From Gammaproteobacteria bacterium (GTDB lineage: Bacteria > Pseudomonadota > Gammaproteobacteria > UBA4575), in the NCBI GenBank assembly GCA_028279275.1, contig JANQOB010000006.1:188799-252798 (forward strand): a stretch of DNA of 64,000 bases, written 5' to 3'. Both the position numbers and the translations under genes were made by a program. Below the pieces are notes generated by a model that worked only from the letters and a program-made list of their open reading frames with translations, had not been told where the DNA came from and searched no databases. The stretch's first letter is position 1. The number at the start of each line of letters is the position of its first letter. Below are positions 41,333 through 51,013 of the stretch, one piece after another.

Positions 41333-41635
41333 CTAGTGTAAAAATAAGTGATCCAGTGGTTGAGAATTAGCTTTGCATAGTGCGACGGCTTGACCAATAG
41401 TCAGACCAAGTCCGTTATTAGCTGGATGACCCCACGCTTTTGCAAAACATTGAAGAACTTCTTTAGCATCGGATGTACCGCTACATAATTCAACTGCATA
41501 CCCTTGAGTAATTCCGAACCCACCATTGTGCTTATGCGCGTATGCAACCTCAAAACATTTGATTGCTTCACTGGCAAATACTGGACTAGTAATTAGGAGT
41601 ACTACGAGAATTAAAATGTTACGAATTAATTTCAA
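41333..41635 (-). CDS. small secreted protein with internal tandem ~30-aa Cys-containing repeat
   Basis: signal peptide; AIKCFEVAYAHKHNGGFGITQGYAVELC / VLQCFAKAWGHPANNGLGLTIGQAVALC. Confidence 0.45.
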   Translation of the reverse strand: MKLIRNILILVVLLITSPVFASEAIKCFEVAYAHKHNGGFGITQGYAVELCSGTSDAKEVLQCFAKAWGHPANNGLGLTIGQAVALCKANSQPLDHLFLH

Positions 41636-41718
41636 TTTAACCGACCTTTATTGTGCTTTGAATAAAATATTTAAATTCAATATGTTTATAGATCATGTCT
41701 ACTTTCAGTCAAAAGCAG

Positions 41719-42438
41719 TCATTTGGTTAGAGTGAGCAAAATATCAGCAAACCAAGTGCAATTAAGTCCAAGTGCCTCATCCAAGTCAGTTTCTCTGTTC
41801 CCCATGTCGAGGCGAGCCGAGTGAATACCCAATAATGTCCAGGGAAGGCCGTCGGTATTTTTTTTCGAGCGAATAACAACCGCAGCACCACTTGTGCCTC
41901 TGTGTGTTAGAGCATCAGTCAAAAAATAACCGCTCCCTTTAAAGCGAAACTCAAGTGATGATGCGTTGACAGCATGACGTACGATAGGTAGGTGATGCAA
42001 CGAATCATGAAACCCTAATGGAAAGCCTACGATAAGCATTGATGAGCCTACGTGAATTTCATTATAAGACTCAAGAAGATGGTTGGGTGTAAAAGCGCTG
42101 TAAACCGATTTTTCTGGCAATCTATCTCGTTCTATTTCAACTACAGCAACATCTATCTCGCCGGCTGAATCGCTTCCTTGTCTCCATATACTTTTACCAG
42201 ATTTGTATAAAGGAATTGAGAAACCAATCGATTCGGCTAAATTAACCGGATCGGTATGTAACTCGATTTCTATTCGATCGGGCGCATGGTTAGTGGGTTC
42301 GTCGATAAGAACGTGTCTGCTTGTAACAAGAAACAAACGTGCGTTGATCTCAAAAAAGAATCCACTGGCATTGGTTAAAGCCTGACTCTGAGAGTAAGTT
42401 TGAATAGGTGTTGAGGTAAGCAACAAAGACTCAGTCAT
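41719..42438 (-). CDS. trypsin-like (S1/chymotrypsin-fold) serine protease, no signal peptide
   Basis: TSRHVL (His), GTSGAAV (GxSGx Ser) catalytic motifs; 239 aa. Confidence 0.7.
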   Translation of the reverse strand: MTESLLLTSTPIQTYSQSQALTNASGFFFEINARLFLVTSRHVLIDEPTNHAPDRIEIELHTDPVNLAESIGFSIPLYKSGKSIWRQGSDSAGEIDVAVVEIERDRLPEKSVYSAFTPNHLLESYNEIHVGSSMLIVGFPLGFHDSLHHLPIVRHAVNASSLEFRFKGSGYFLTDALTHRGTSGAAVVIRSKKNTDGLPWTLLGIHSARLDMGNRETDLDEALGLNCTWFADILLTLTK

Positions 42439-42477
42439 AATTATACTTTAACAACTCAACTCAAATAGTCGCATATT

Positions 42478-42503
42478 CGCTTTAGGTCGTCACCGGACAT
42501 TTT
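42478..42503 (+). repeat. Island C motif copy C
   Basis: CGCTTTAGGTCGTCACCGGACATTTT, 40-65 nt upstream of protease start; related degenerate copy at 42554-42576. Confidence 0.55.
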
Positions 42504-42569
42504 AGATTTGTAATTTATTGATTCCAACCTCATTCGACTTAATCTTTGACTGCTCTCGGCCAAAAACGG

Positions 42570-42758
42570 TCATTCTTTTAAATGTGCCTTATTATGATGT
42601 TTATCTGTATATTCAATCATTGCAAGGCTAAGAGCTAGTTCTAATGTATTTGAAGAAATTCCTTGCGTTTCTAAGTCAATTATTAATAACGCTATAGCTT
42701 TATTTGCTATACGTAAATTTTCTATATCTAATTCATACTTATTTGCTTTAGTTGTCAT
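42570..42758 (-). CDS. hypothetical small protein
   Basis: 62-aa ORF. Confidence 0.3.
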   Translation of the reverse strand: MTTKANKYELDIENLRIANKAIALLIIDLETQGISSNTLELALSLAMIEYTDKHHNKAHLKE

Positions 42759-42793
42759 ACCTCACCCACTGTGACTGGATGTAAGTTACTAGA

Positions 42794-43048
42794 TTATTTT
42801 GGACGATATTTCTTTAAGTGGGCATTACCACGTTTTCCTAATTGACGTTGATTTAATAGCGCAATATTTTCTTCTACTGATATTGTTACAGCTTCCAGGC
42901 TTCCTTGCCGATAGCCATGAATCGTGTTGTCTCCCTGAGCAATCTCGTAAAAATACCAATTACTCCCTCTTGCACCTGTTGGAGGGGCTGTTCGCTGTAT
43001 CAACTTAAGTTTATAAGGCTGAGGATTCCAAAGGGCATTGTTAGTCAT
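42794..43048 (-). CDS. hypothetical small protein
   Basis: 84-aa ORF. Confidence 0.3.
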   Translation of the reverse strand: MTNNALWNPQPYKLKLIQRTAPPTGARGSNWYFYEIAQGDNTIHGYRQGSLEAVTISVEENIALLNQRQLGKRGNAHLKKYRPK

Positions 43049-43430
43049 AAGAAAGGCTTGCTAAAATTTTTTCTAATTCATCATTTCTGCTAGTAGTATT
43101 GTTACTTTCAGACTTTTGCCAAGCTAGTGCTTCTTGGTGTTTTTGTTCAACATAGTTGTTATTACAAATAATGATGAGTTGTTTAATCAGCTCAAGTTCT
43201 TTTGGAATGTCGTTAATATTTCTTACCCATGTTTCAACGTATAAGCCTTCATCTGGATTTATCTTTGCATTGAGCTTGTCTTTTGAAAATAATAAATTGA
43301 AATCCGCACACCAGTCTTTGGGTGCTTTTTGATTGAGTTCAAATATTACATCTACGTACTTTTTGTTTTTTAAACTTGGCTTACGATTTGGATCGAGCCC
43401 TTTTATCTTGAGATTGCTGATATTATTCAC
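43041..43430 (-). CDS. hypothetical protein
   Basis: 129-aa ORF overlapping previous by 8 nt. Confidence 0.35.
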   Translation of the reverse strand: MNNISNLKIKGLDPNRKPSLKNKKYVDVIFELNQKAPKDWCADFNLLFSKDKLNAKINPDEGLYVETWVRNINDIPKELELIKQLIIICNNNYVEQKHQEALAWQKSESNNTTSRNDELEKILASLSYD

Positions 43431-43691
43431 ACAGGACTCTCTTACAGGTGTTTATAAATTAGATTTTAGATCTTTATGTTGCATATCTATTTTTGCAAAG
43501 TTTATGGCATCTTTAAGACTGTCATATTTATGACCTTTGTAGAGATACACAGTCTTTTGCTGCGATGTAATCCCATATTGTTCCATGAGCAAATTATCTT
43601 CTTCTGTCATAAAATTTCTGCCTATTAGAATTCAAATGAAATCGAGCGATATTGTTGTATCGCCCGAACGCTCATGCTCTTGCTTCTCGAA

Positions 43692-43955
43692 TTAATATCG
43701 AGAAGAATTTCGTTGAGGCTTTTCATTTGCTTCATTTACACGAAGGCTTCGATTATCAATCATGTGACCGCTGAATTTCTTGATGGCCTGTTGTCCCTCA
43801 TTCTTTTCCATTTCAATAAACCCGAAGCCTTTTGATCGCCCAGAATCTCGGTCTGTAATAAGAGTAGCACTAGTGACCTCACCTACTTCACTAAACAGTT
43901 CTTTTAAGTCACTCTCGGTGACGCTCCAAGGTAAGTTACCTACATATAGTTTCAT
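43692..43955 (-). CDS. RRM-type RNA-binding protein
   Basis: 87 aa; RNP2 KLYVGNL and RNP1 KGFGFIEM motifs. Confidence 0.8.
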   Translation of the reverse strand: MKLYVGNLPWSVTESDLKELFSEVGEVTSATLITDRDSGRSKGFGFIEMEKNEGQQAIKKFSGHMIDNRSLRVNEANEKPQRNSSRY

Positions 43956-44243
43956 TTTTTATATCCTTACTCGATGTTCGAGCCTTTTGTGCGCATTCCT
44001 GGTGTTCAATCTAGTTGCACATGTTTGTAATGCTCTTATGACACAGCGTCACAAGAATCAAGTATTAGAGATGATTGCCGATGACTGGCGGAGAAATGAA
44101 ACTCTGGAAGAAAATCGGAGTAGGAAAATATCTAATCTAAGGCCACCCTACGCTCATTTAATAAGAATAGCTATGATTATTCGACAATAATCGATTTTTC
44201 ACCCAGAAATACAAACTGTTCATCATTTATTGAAGGTAAATGA

Positions 44244-44269
44244 CTGCTTTGGGTTGTTAGCGGACATTA
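44244..44269 (+). repeat. Island C motif copy D
   Basis: CTGCTTTGGGTTGTTAGCGGACATTA. Confidence 0.5.
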
Positions 44270-44321
44270 TACCTACTGAAATAGACAGTAATAAACGGTA
44301 ACTATGTGAGATATTGGGTTA

Positions 44322-44552
44322 TTAGTGATTAACCAGCTTGTCTTCGCACACACCATCTTGTGCACATGCAAGTTCAGCTGGAGTCAGTGAGAGCCTAGTC
44401 ACTGTTTCGACACCCGACTCTTTATCGATTCTTGTCATTGTGTAATTACCATTTATATCAACGTCGGATATTGTCTGAGACATAATATCTGTGTCGAACT
44501 CTATGTTTAAGCTTCGGATGTATTGATTTATGTTTTCTAATGTTTGTGACAT
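44322..44552 (-). CDS. hypothetical small protein (paralog pair member)
   Basis: 76 aa; D.NGNYT.T...E.G......LSLTP.E pattern shared with 44581-44790. Confidence 0.4.
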   Translation of the reverse strand: MSQTLENINQYIRSLNIEFDTDIMSQTISDVDINGNYTMTRIDKESGVETVTRLSLTPAELACAQDGVCEDKLVNH

Positions 44553-44580
44553 TTTAATTTTCCTTTATGGTTATGGTTGA

Positions 44581-44790
44581 TTAAAAGAGTTTGTGAGTCT
44601 TTGCTTCTTCTGGTGTGATTGATAGATTACTGATTGTTGTATTAATCACTTCTCCATCTTTAAGTAGATCAACAGTAACTGTGTAGTTACCTTCTTGATC
44701 AATACCTGAAATAACAGGTTCAGATTGATTGTCGTTAGACTTGTAATTTTCATTTAAGTAGTTAGTTACTTTTTCTATATTTAATTTCAT
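44581..44790 (-). CDS. hypothetical small protein (paralog pair member)
   Basis: 69 aa; shares GNYTVT...LSITPEE pattern with neighbour. Confidence 0.4.
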   Translation of the reverse strand: MKLNIEKVTNYLNENYKSNDNQSEPVISGIDQEGNYTVTVDLLKDGEVINTTISNLSITPEEAKTHKLF

Positions 44791-45331
44791 TGATTTTGTT
44801 TACCTATATTGGTTGGTTTGTTGTTTGAATTATCGGCTCTTTTTGCCTATGACTTTGATTAGCCATAAGCTGAGTTTTTTGACAGTTGTCAAGCAACTGA
44901 ATAACACAAGTAAGTACGTTGAGTTATTGCGACTCAATCTCAGGTGACAACTGTCAAGTTATAGAAACTTTGAATTATTCAGGTCAATTTCGTTTAGGTA
45001 CGCTAGATCTACTAACTACATAAAGGAGCTTGTTATGACATTAATGATTAAAGGATTTGAGATCAGTATTTGGTGGAACTCTATTTTCCTTGGTTGGGAA
45101 GAGGGATCTTGGTCCATTTATTTATGTAAGACCGATGGGATTATTGGAGATAAGATACTTTGGTAATTATTCAGTAATAGGAAATTAGACGGTAAATTAC
45201 AAGGAGATCTACCGTCTATCCTAGCTGTGCTACTAGGGAAAAGGAGTAAGAAACCTAGATTGGCACAATACAAATTCTTAAAATACACGTGAACCCCTAT
45301 AGTCTATTAAGGGTCTACGTGTTTTTCTAAC

Positions 45332-47110
45332 CTAGGCTACTTTAGAAAACCCAAATAGATTTGCATGTTTAACGAAGTGAGTAGCACGAGCCTTAAGATT
45401 ATTAAGGTTCCCCTCAACTAACCCTAGCATCGCTAGCTCATTCTTAAATATTGGATTGTCCCTCACACTCCTTTTGAAACTATCACTTCTCATATTAGTA
45501 GTATCAGTAATTTCCTTGAATGCTATCGGTCTATCTTCATATTCTAAACACTTAGTTATGTACTCTAAGGTGGTTGCTACTGCCGGAGGTGTCTTAGGTG
45601 TCTTAACGGTCTTAACCATCTTTAACTTACATCCTGGATAGATCTCTTGAATGTATTTAAAGATACCGGTGTTCTTACTTCCAAAAACATGTAATTCACT
45701 TGGCGGACAATCGTCCCTCATGCAACGTCGAATATTAGACCTACTAGTTCCTTGCATGATGTTTTCTTTGATCTCGCCAGACTTAATCAACGCGAAGTAT
45801 TCTTTATTAAGTTCCTTAGCGATGTCAGTCTCGGACCATAGGTGCCCCTTAGCTGTGTACTCACTATCTCTATAAACTAGAGCACTAGTCATGAAGGTTC
45901 GATCACAATCAGCAAACTCATTGGTAGCTTTATGTAATCCATATTCGCATTCAAATAGATCATCCCTTGAGATCGTCATGTTCAAATGTTTCTCAACTCG
46001 CTCTTTATACCCTGCTCCTTTATGTTGTAAGAATAGAGAGTGGTGAAATGGATCATTATTGATAACTTGTGCAATGATCTTTGCAATGGAGTTACGATTC
46101 TTAAGCTTGGTCTTTCCACTTGATATGTCGTAACCATAGACCATTAAATTCTTATAGGTCTTAGTTGCCGTTGCCAAACGAATGATGTTGTCTTTCTCAC
46201 GTTCTTGCAGTGGATAGGTACCTGCGACTCGTGCACCAGCATCTAATACGATTAGTGGGTAAAGATCTTGCGGAATTCTTAATGCATAATTAATTATTGT
46301 AGATGAATAGCTATCTTTGAACACTTTTGCGTATTTACCTTGTATAGACCATAGATCTAATACGGCATCCTTGATCTCATCACTTTGATCTTTCAGAGCC
46401 GGTACTAAATCATTCTTTGTAATATTAAATTTCTTCTCCAAATTAGGAATATATAGCAGTTCACCGTGCTCTAGTTCTTTCAGTTGCTTTAGAAGATCTT
46501 CCATATAATCGCTGAGACTCTTCTTAACTTTCATGAATGCAGTTACGGCACCAAACAACATCTTAGAGTTAACGGATACAGACGATCCTATGTCTAAGGC
46601 CTCATCCCATACACGGACTTGTCTTAGCTTTCCGTTATATAAGAATTCATTGTGATTCGATACAAGATCATTACCACATCGAGAATCAATCATTTGTTGT
46701 GTTGTGATTAAACATCTCGCATTGGTTGGTAAAGTATTACCTAAGCTATTAAGCTCATCATCAGATGTGTAGACAGCTATATCTTTCTTATCAATACCTA
46801 CTTCATCAACAAAAGTTTTTATTTGACTCTTGGTAGATAGCATGACCATAACACTCACATCAGCATGTTCATCGCTTACTAGCAATTCTCTGATCATAAA
46901 TATCAATGAAGTTGTTTTACCGATACCACAATCAATAGAACTAAGGTAAATCTTCCCATCTTCTAACTTATTATTAGCTGCATCTTCTATTGTAGTTAAG
47001 ATATCTTCTAGTGCGAGCCATTGCTGCTCACTGGGTAGGTGATTATGGCGGTTAAAGAACTTAACTTGTTTAAGCTTTGCGCTAGTGGCTAGCGGATATT
47101 CCCTCTCCAT
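45332..47110 (-). CDS. P-loop NTPase, helicase/terminase-like (unassigned)
   Basis: Walker A CGIGKTTS near N-terminus, VWDEALD Walker B-like, QGTSRSNIRR possible arginine-finger motif; 592 aa. Confidence 0.5.
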   Translation of the reverse strand: MEREYPLATSAKLKQVKFFNRHNHLPSEQQWLALEDILTTIEDAANNKLEDGKIYLSSIDCGIGKTTSLIFMIRELLVSDEHADVSVMVMLSTKSQIKTFVDEVGIDKKDIAVYTSDDELNSLGNTLPTNARCLITTQQMIDSRCGNDLVSNHNEFLYNGKLRQVRVWDEALDIGSSVSVNSKMLFGAVTAFMKVKKSLSDYMEDLLKQLKELEHGELLYIPNLEKKFNITKNDLVPALKDQSDEIKDAVLDLWSIQGKYAKVFKDSYSSTIINYALRIPQDLYPLIVLDAGARVAGTYPLQEREKDNIIRLATATKTYKNLMVYGYDISSGKTKLKNRNSIAKIIAQVINNDPFHHSLFLQHKGAGYKERVEKHLNMTISRDDLFECEYGLHKATNEFADCDRTFMTSALVYRDSEYTAKGHLWSETDIAKELNKEYFALIKSGEIKENIMQGTSRSNIRRCMRDDCPPSELHVFGSKNTGIFKYIQEIYPGCKLKMVKTVKTPKTPPAVATTLEYITKCLEYEDRPIAFKEITDTTNMRSDSFKRSVRDNPIFKNELAMLGLVEGNLNNLKARATHFVKHANLFGFSKVA

Positions 47111-47123
47111 ACATTACTTCCTT

Positions 47124-47423
47124 TTAGTTTTTTAATTCATCTCCAAACTCAGGCAGTTCTAATGATTCAAGCATGTTTACTTGCTCTGTCATGGGTGTGC
47201 CTTTACTGCAAGTTATCCTATTGTTCTTTAGAAACAGTATTGAACACCTAAGCATCCTTGAAATGTGGTCATTGTCTCCTTTACATGTCCCATTATTGAT
47301 CGAGGTGAGCTCTTTGATTAGATACTTCGTTATTTGACGATGTAATTCACACAGATCCTCATAGCTACCTGGCCCTTCTTCGAGCAAATAGTTATTGAAC
47401 ATATGATCTCCTTTCATATTCAT
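47124..47423 (-). CDS. hypothetical protein
   Basis: 99-aa ORF in operon with NTPase. Confidence 0.35.
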   Translation of the reverse strand: MNMKGDHMFNNYLLEEGPGSYEDLCELHRQITKYLIKELTSINNGTCKGDNDHISRMLRCSILFLKNNRITCSKGTPMTEQVNMLESLELPEFGDELKN

Positions 47424-47724
47424 TTATCACTTTCTCAACATTGGCATCTAACGTAAGCACTTTAAATCTTCTAAGGTGATCATGTGCAAGCAGTTCTAGT
47501 AATGCATTCGAATACTGAACATCTTTGTTGGTATACGTTTTAGTTGTGCCATTAATTGTTTTTGTATCATCACCTTTTGCGATACCACATGACCTTAGAT
47601 ACAGTAACCAATCTGCGATGTGTTGGTTTGGGAGGTGCTTATATGTCAATGCTTCTGTTTCATTTACGTCTTGATGCCACGTACTGACATCCATTAGTGA
47701 AACATCCTTTACATCAATTTCCAT
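47392..47724 (-). CDS. hypothetical protein
   Basis: 110-aa ORF, overlapping neighbours. Confidence 0.35.
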   Translation of the reverse strand: MEIDVKDVSLMDVSTWHQDVNETEALTYKHLPNQHIADWLLYLRSCGIAKGDDTKTINGTTKTYTNKDVQYSNALLELLAHDHLRRFKVLTLDANVEKVINEYERRSYVQ

Positions 47725-48028
47725 TAGTTACTTTCCTTTTGAATTCATTGTTAGCAGCCCTCGCCCATCGATACTTACCCACATTACGGATAAGTCTCTG
47801 TGCTAAATTATGTGGGTTACTCATTTGACGATTAAGATCACGGTTCACCAGGTCAATACCGTACCGAACCAGTTCACCATTACTACAGGACGCTCCGGTG
47901 GTCTCACTAACGAACTCCTTAGCGGCTTTCAGTTGAGATGCACTAAGACCATCAAGATTGATGTGATATGTTTTGAATTGTTTATCCATGATGTATTTAT
48001 TGATGTGATTGTGATGCAGCAAAAGCAT
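47714..48028 (-). CDS. hypothetical protein
   Basis: 104-aa ORF, first gene of 4-gene operon. Confidence 0.35.
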   Translation of the reverse strand: MLLLHHNHINKYIMDKQFKTYHINLDGLSASQLKAAKEFVSETTGASCSNGELVRYGIDLVNRDLNRQMSNPHNLAQRLIRNVGKYRWARAANNEFKRKVTNGN

Positions 48029-48057
48029 CAGTTACGAAAATTTTTAACACCGAATAA

Positions 48058-48490
48058 GCGGTGATGACGGTTCTACTTGTCTACAATTGGTATCTTTTTG
48101 CGTCAAGTCGATGTTTCACGCAGCAAACTTGACTTAAGAAAAGGCTTACCTAAGCAATTCTATAATTGCAGCTTTTATCTACAAATTTAAAACTTTAAAG
48201 CTATAGCATGAGTTATGGCTTATTTAGTAAAAACCTGCATCCCGAACACTCAGGCGATGTTTCACGCTTTTTTGAAAAAGTGATGACGGTTTTGTAGAGA
48301 AAAGTTTTAGAGATCTTAAACTCGGAGATTTGTCTACAAGTGAGGGCTTTTTTAAAATTACTTGTCTACAATAAAGCGCTTTTTACTATGTCACTGAAAA
48401 GTAGTGGTATTCAATTTTGATGACGGTTTTGTAGGGGAAAGTTAGTTTATACAGAATCTTAAATCTGTTGGTTGATTTGTCTACAAGTGG
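48058..48490. repeat. iteron block: three copies of TGATGACGGTT(T/C)T, four copies of TTGTCTACAA(G/T)TG, two copies of GATGTTTCACGC
   Basis: direct repeats at 48058/48281/48420, 48078/48331/48362/48476, 48110/48254. Confidence 0.55.
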
Positions 48491-48523
48491 TACCTTTTTC
48501 ATTATTCACATTTAATCAACCAC

Positions 48524-48847
48524 TTATGAATTACGCCTTGAGAGATAATATTCGTGCATATGTTGCAAGGTTTCCTCTAGTTCCCTCACCCTATTCACTA
48601 AATAACTTTCTCCGTAGACTTCGTCTTCAAGCTCAGCAATTCTCGCTTTCAACTTCCCTTCATTCTCAAGCAGTGACTTGTAACTGGTAGGTGTAGGGAC
48701 CAATCCCATTTGTTGCATCAACATGTAGACACTTTTACTAGACCATTTACCACCAAAGACTCCTCGATAACCCAGCATGTTTAGTCTCTCTGCAATAGTT
48801 ATTGATGGTACTTGTTGGTTAAACAGTTCTGTTACCAATTCAAGCAT
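48524..48847 (-). CDS. hypothetical small DNA-binding-like protein
   Basis: 107 aa; GGKWSSKSVYMLMQQ weakly reminiscent of recombinase-domain W...Y motif; C-terminal coiled coil. Confidence 0.3.
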   Translation of the reverse strand: MLELVTELFNQQVPSITIAERLNMLGYRGVFGGKWSSKSVYMLMQQMGLVPTPTSYKSLLENEGKLKARIAELEDEVYGESYLVNRVRELEETLQHMHEYYLSRRNS

Positions 48848-49532
48848 CTCAGGATCATGTCTTGGATCAACACGAGTTGCTGTTAATGGATTAATGATTA
48901 AGTCCTTATGTTGTTATTGTTATATGTATTAACGTAACCATGTTGCACACCTTTGCAAATGAGTTGTGGTAAATAGTATTTCTCATTTGAGCCTACCCCA
49001 CTGCAAACAAATGCAAGCATGCTTAAACCGATTTAGGTCTACCTCAATAAACCTAAACTCCACCAATGACACAGCGCATGTCACACTAAGTCATGTTCAA
49101 CTTGACCTAAACACACCTTAGCCCGCATAAACATTGACTTGTATACTCGGCAACGTACCGAGTCGTCCATGCTTAACAGACTGTTGCTCGTGTTAAATAA
49201 AGGTAATTTTGCGTTCAGATTGGTGTTTGGATAGGCATACGGGGGGTATCGCGGCGCCAACTTCATCATCATAGGCTCTCACAAATTTCTTATATTTTTA
49301 TCGGAGCCACACATTCAAATAAATTTGTCCGAATCTAAAAGAAATTGTGAACCGCAACATGTCAAAAAGAGGATAAATATCATACGGGATTCTATGTACC
49401 CGTGTGAAATGGAATCAGCAGCTTACGTTCTATGTGTACTTGTGTTTAACCGTATGTGTGATTCTAGGCGTGGTAATTTTGTGGTTTTTTGAGTAAAAAT
49501 TCTCAAAAATAGCCCATTTGTTGCCCGGTTTA

Positions 49533-50033
49533 TTATCGATTTTTTTTACGGATTTTAACTGCTTCCTCAACTGCATTCGATAGGTGCTTACTTATCCAAG
49601 CATATCTCTCTTTGCTGTTACTTCCACCTGGGTTATAACACTTAACAATTGTTGAAAGTTTTTTCTTCGATGGCCCATGAGTAATGTAATCAAATGGGTT
49701 GAGCCCCTTATTTGAAGTTAATCCTTTTAAATTCTTTAGACCATGAATGCATATACCCACTACACCCATTCCATCATCCCACGACTTTATAATTTCATAA
49801 TTAATCCACTTTCTTCTAGCTGTATTAGTACCAACTAAAACAATTGTGCAGGACCTACCATGCATCTGAGAAGCAATCCAATTTTTAATAGCTTGCTCAC
49901 CCTGACTTTTTATTGATTCCCAATTATTATCATTCGCAGGTCTATTGCCATCAACTATACCCATGTTTCTAACTTGTGCTGCTCGGTTGCAATCTGGTGC
50001 ATAGTGAAAACTATAAAAACATTGACGAGCCAT
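49533..50033 (-). CDS. TIR-like domain protein, ThsB-like (DUF1863 family)
   Basis: QCFYSFHYAPD N-terminus, ...AIKNWI..QM.G.SCTIVLVGTNTARRKWINYEIIKSWDDGMGVVGICIHGLKNL closely follows the ThsB/DUF1863 pattern (FFSFHY...WVNYEI..SW..G). Confidence 0.7.
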   Translation of the reverse strand: MARQCFYSFHYAPDCNRAAQVRNMGIVDGNRPANDNNWESIKSQGEQAIKNWIASQMHGRSCTIVLVGTNTARRKWINYEIIKSWDDGMGVVGICIHGLKNLKGLTSNKGLNPFDYITHGPSKKKLSTIVKCYNPGGSNSKERYAWISKHLSNAVEEAVKIRKKNR

Positions 50034-50045
50034 AAAATCACTCCT

Positions 50046-50444
50046 TCATTTAAATACTAAGAGAACAACGAGTATTGCTGTAACAATTGATCCATGAAAA
50101 ATAATCAAAGTTTTTGAAAAAAATGTATCCCACCACATTCGCGTCCCACCGCTTAACCCCTCCAATTTCATAGAAAAATCGATTTCCTCAGGATCAATCA
50201 TTCTCACTTTTTCATAAAGATCTCTATAGCTTCTCTCTAGTGCTAAAAAATATGCATCTAATCCCCAAAACGCTAGTGCAGGTAAGTATGCGAGAATAAT
50301 AAATCTAATATTTGAATTTCCAGTAGAGAGTGCAAATAATGCAGAAACAAGAATTACGCTCCAACCTTTAAGTAAGAAGGAGTTAGTTGATAATCGATTA
50401 ATAACGCCTTGGATAAAATCTAGATGTTTTAGTTTTCTATCCAT
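50046..50444 (-). CDS. small 3-TM membrane protein (SLATT-like candidate)
   Basis: 132 aa, three hydrophobic helices; 13 nt upstream of TIR gene. Confidence 0.45.
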   Translation of the reverse strand: MDRKLKHLDFIQGVINRLSTNSFLLKGWSVILVSALFALSTGNSNIRFIILAYLPALAFWGLDAYFLALERSYRDLYEKVRMIDPEEIDFSMKLEGLSGGTRMWWDTFFSKTLIIFHGSIVTAILVVLLVFK

Positions 50445-50455
50445 TAACTCAATAT

Positions 50456-50998
50456 TTAATGTGGTTCAGTTCCCCGAGTATCAATCCAACCCGCGGTGTA
50501 AATACTGAGAGTTGAATCTGCCTCTGTCTTTTCTGAAATTGTAAATTCCATAATTGTTGGTACCTTATATTGATTTTCACTAGGTAACCACAAGTTGCGT
50601 AGTGCAATTGGAGTTTTGTCATTAGCAGTAGTTGAAAAAGATGAAATATATTCAGAACCTTTAACACGCACTTTGCCAGCGATTCGTCCTTTATCTGAAA
50701 TAAATAACAATAATAAGTAATCTGTTACACTTGGAGGAACATTTTTCATTTCAACTTCAGTCCAAACCTCTTCTAATGCTTTCGATTCTTGATATACCAG
50801 CTCCATCATTTGCTGTATATCCGTGGTATTTGATTGTAATTGAGCTAATTGCTCTTTCAATATATTTTGTTCTTTTGAAGCTATTTCTTCCTTTTTTTTC
50901 TCTTCAATTTTACCAAAATGATATGATCCATATCCACCTAATGCGGTCAATATGATCCCGCAGAGTAGTATCAATTGACTAAGCGTTTGCAACGTCAT
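50456..50998 (-). CDS. membrane-anchored protein with coiled-coil and beta-rich C-terminus
   Basis: 180 aa; N-terminal TM LILLCGIILTALGGYGSY, then EEKKKEE coiled region. Confidence 0.45.
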   Translation of the reverse strand: MTLQTLSQLILLCGIILTALGGYGSYHFGKIEEKKKEEIASKEQNILKEQLAQLQSNTTDIQQMMELVYQESKALEEVWTEVEMKNVPPSVTDYLLLLFISDKGRIAGKVRVKGSEYISSFSTTANDKTPIALRNLWLPSENQYKVPTIMEFTISEKTEADSTLSIYTAGWIDTRGTEPH

Positions 50999-51013
50999 AT
51001 GTTTTTACGTTTA

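Noticed and set aside
49081..49272. 63-aa ORF in the GC-richer spacer 48900-49530
   Set aside because: No RBS and no motif, in a region that looks like a promoter/att-type spacer. I also looked for a cloverleaf tRNA here and found none.
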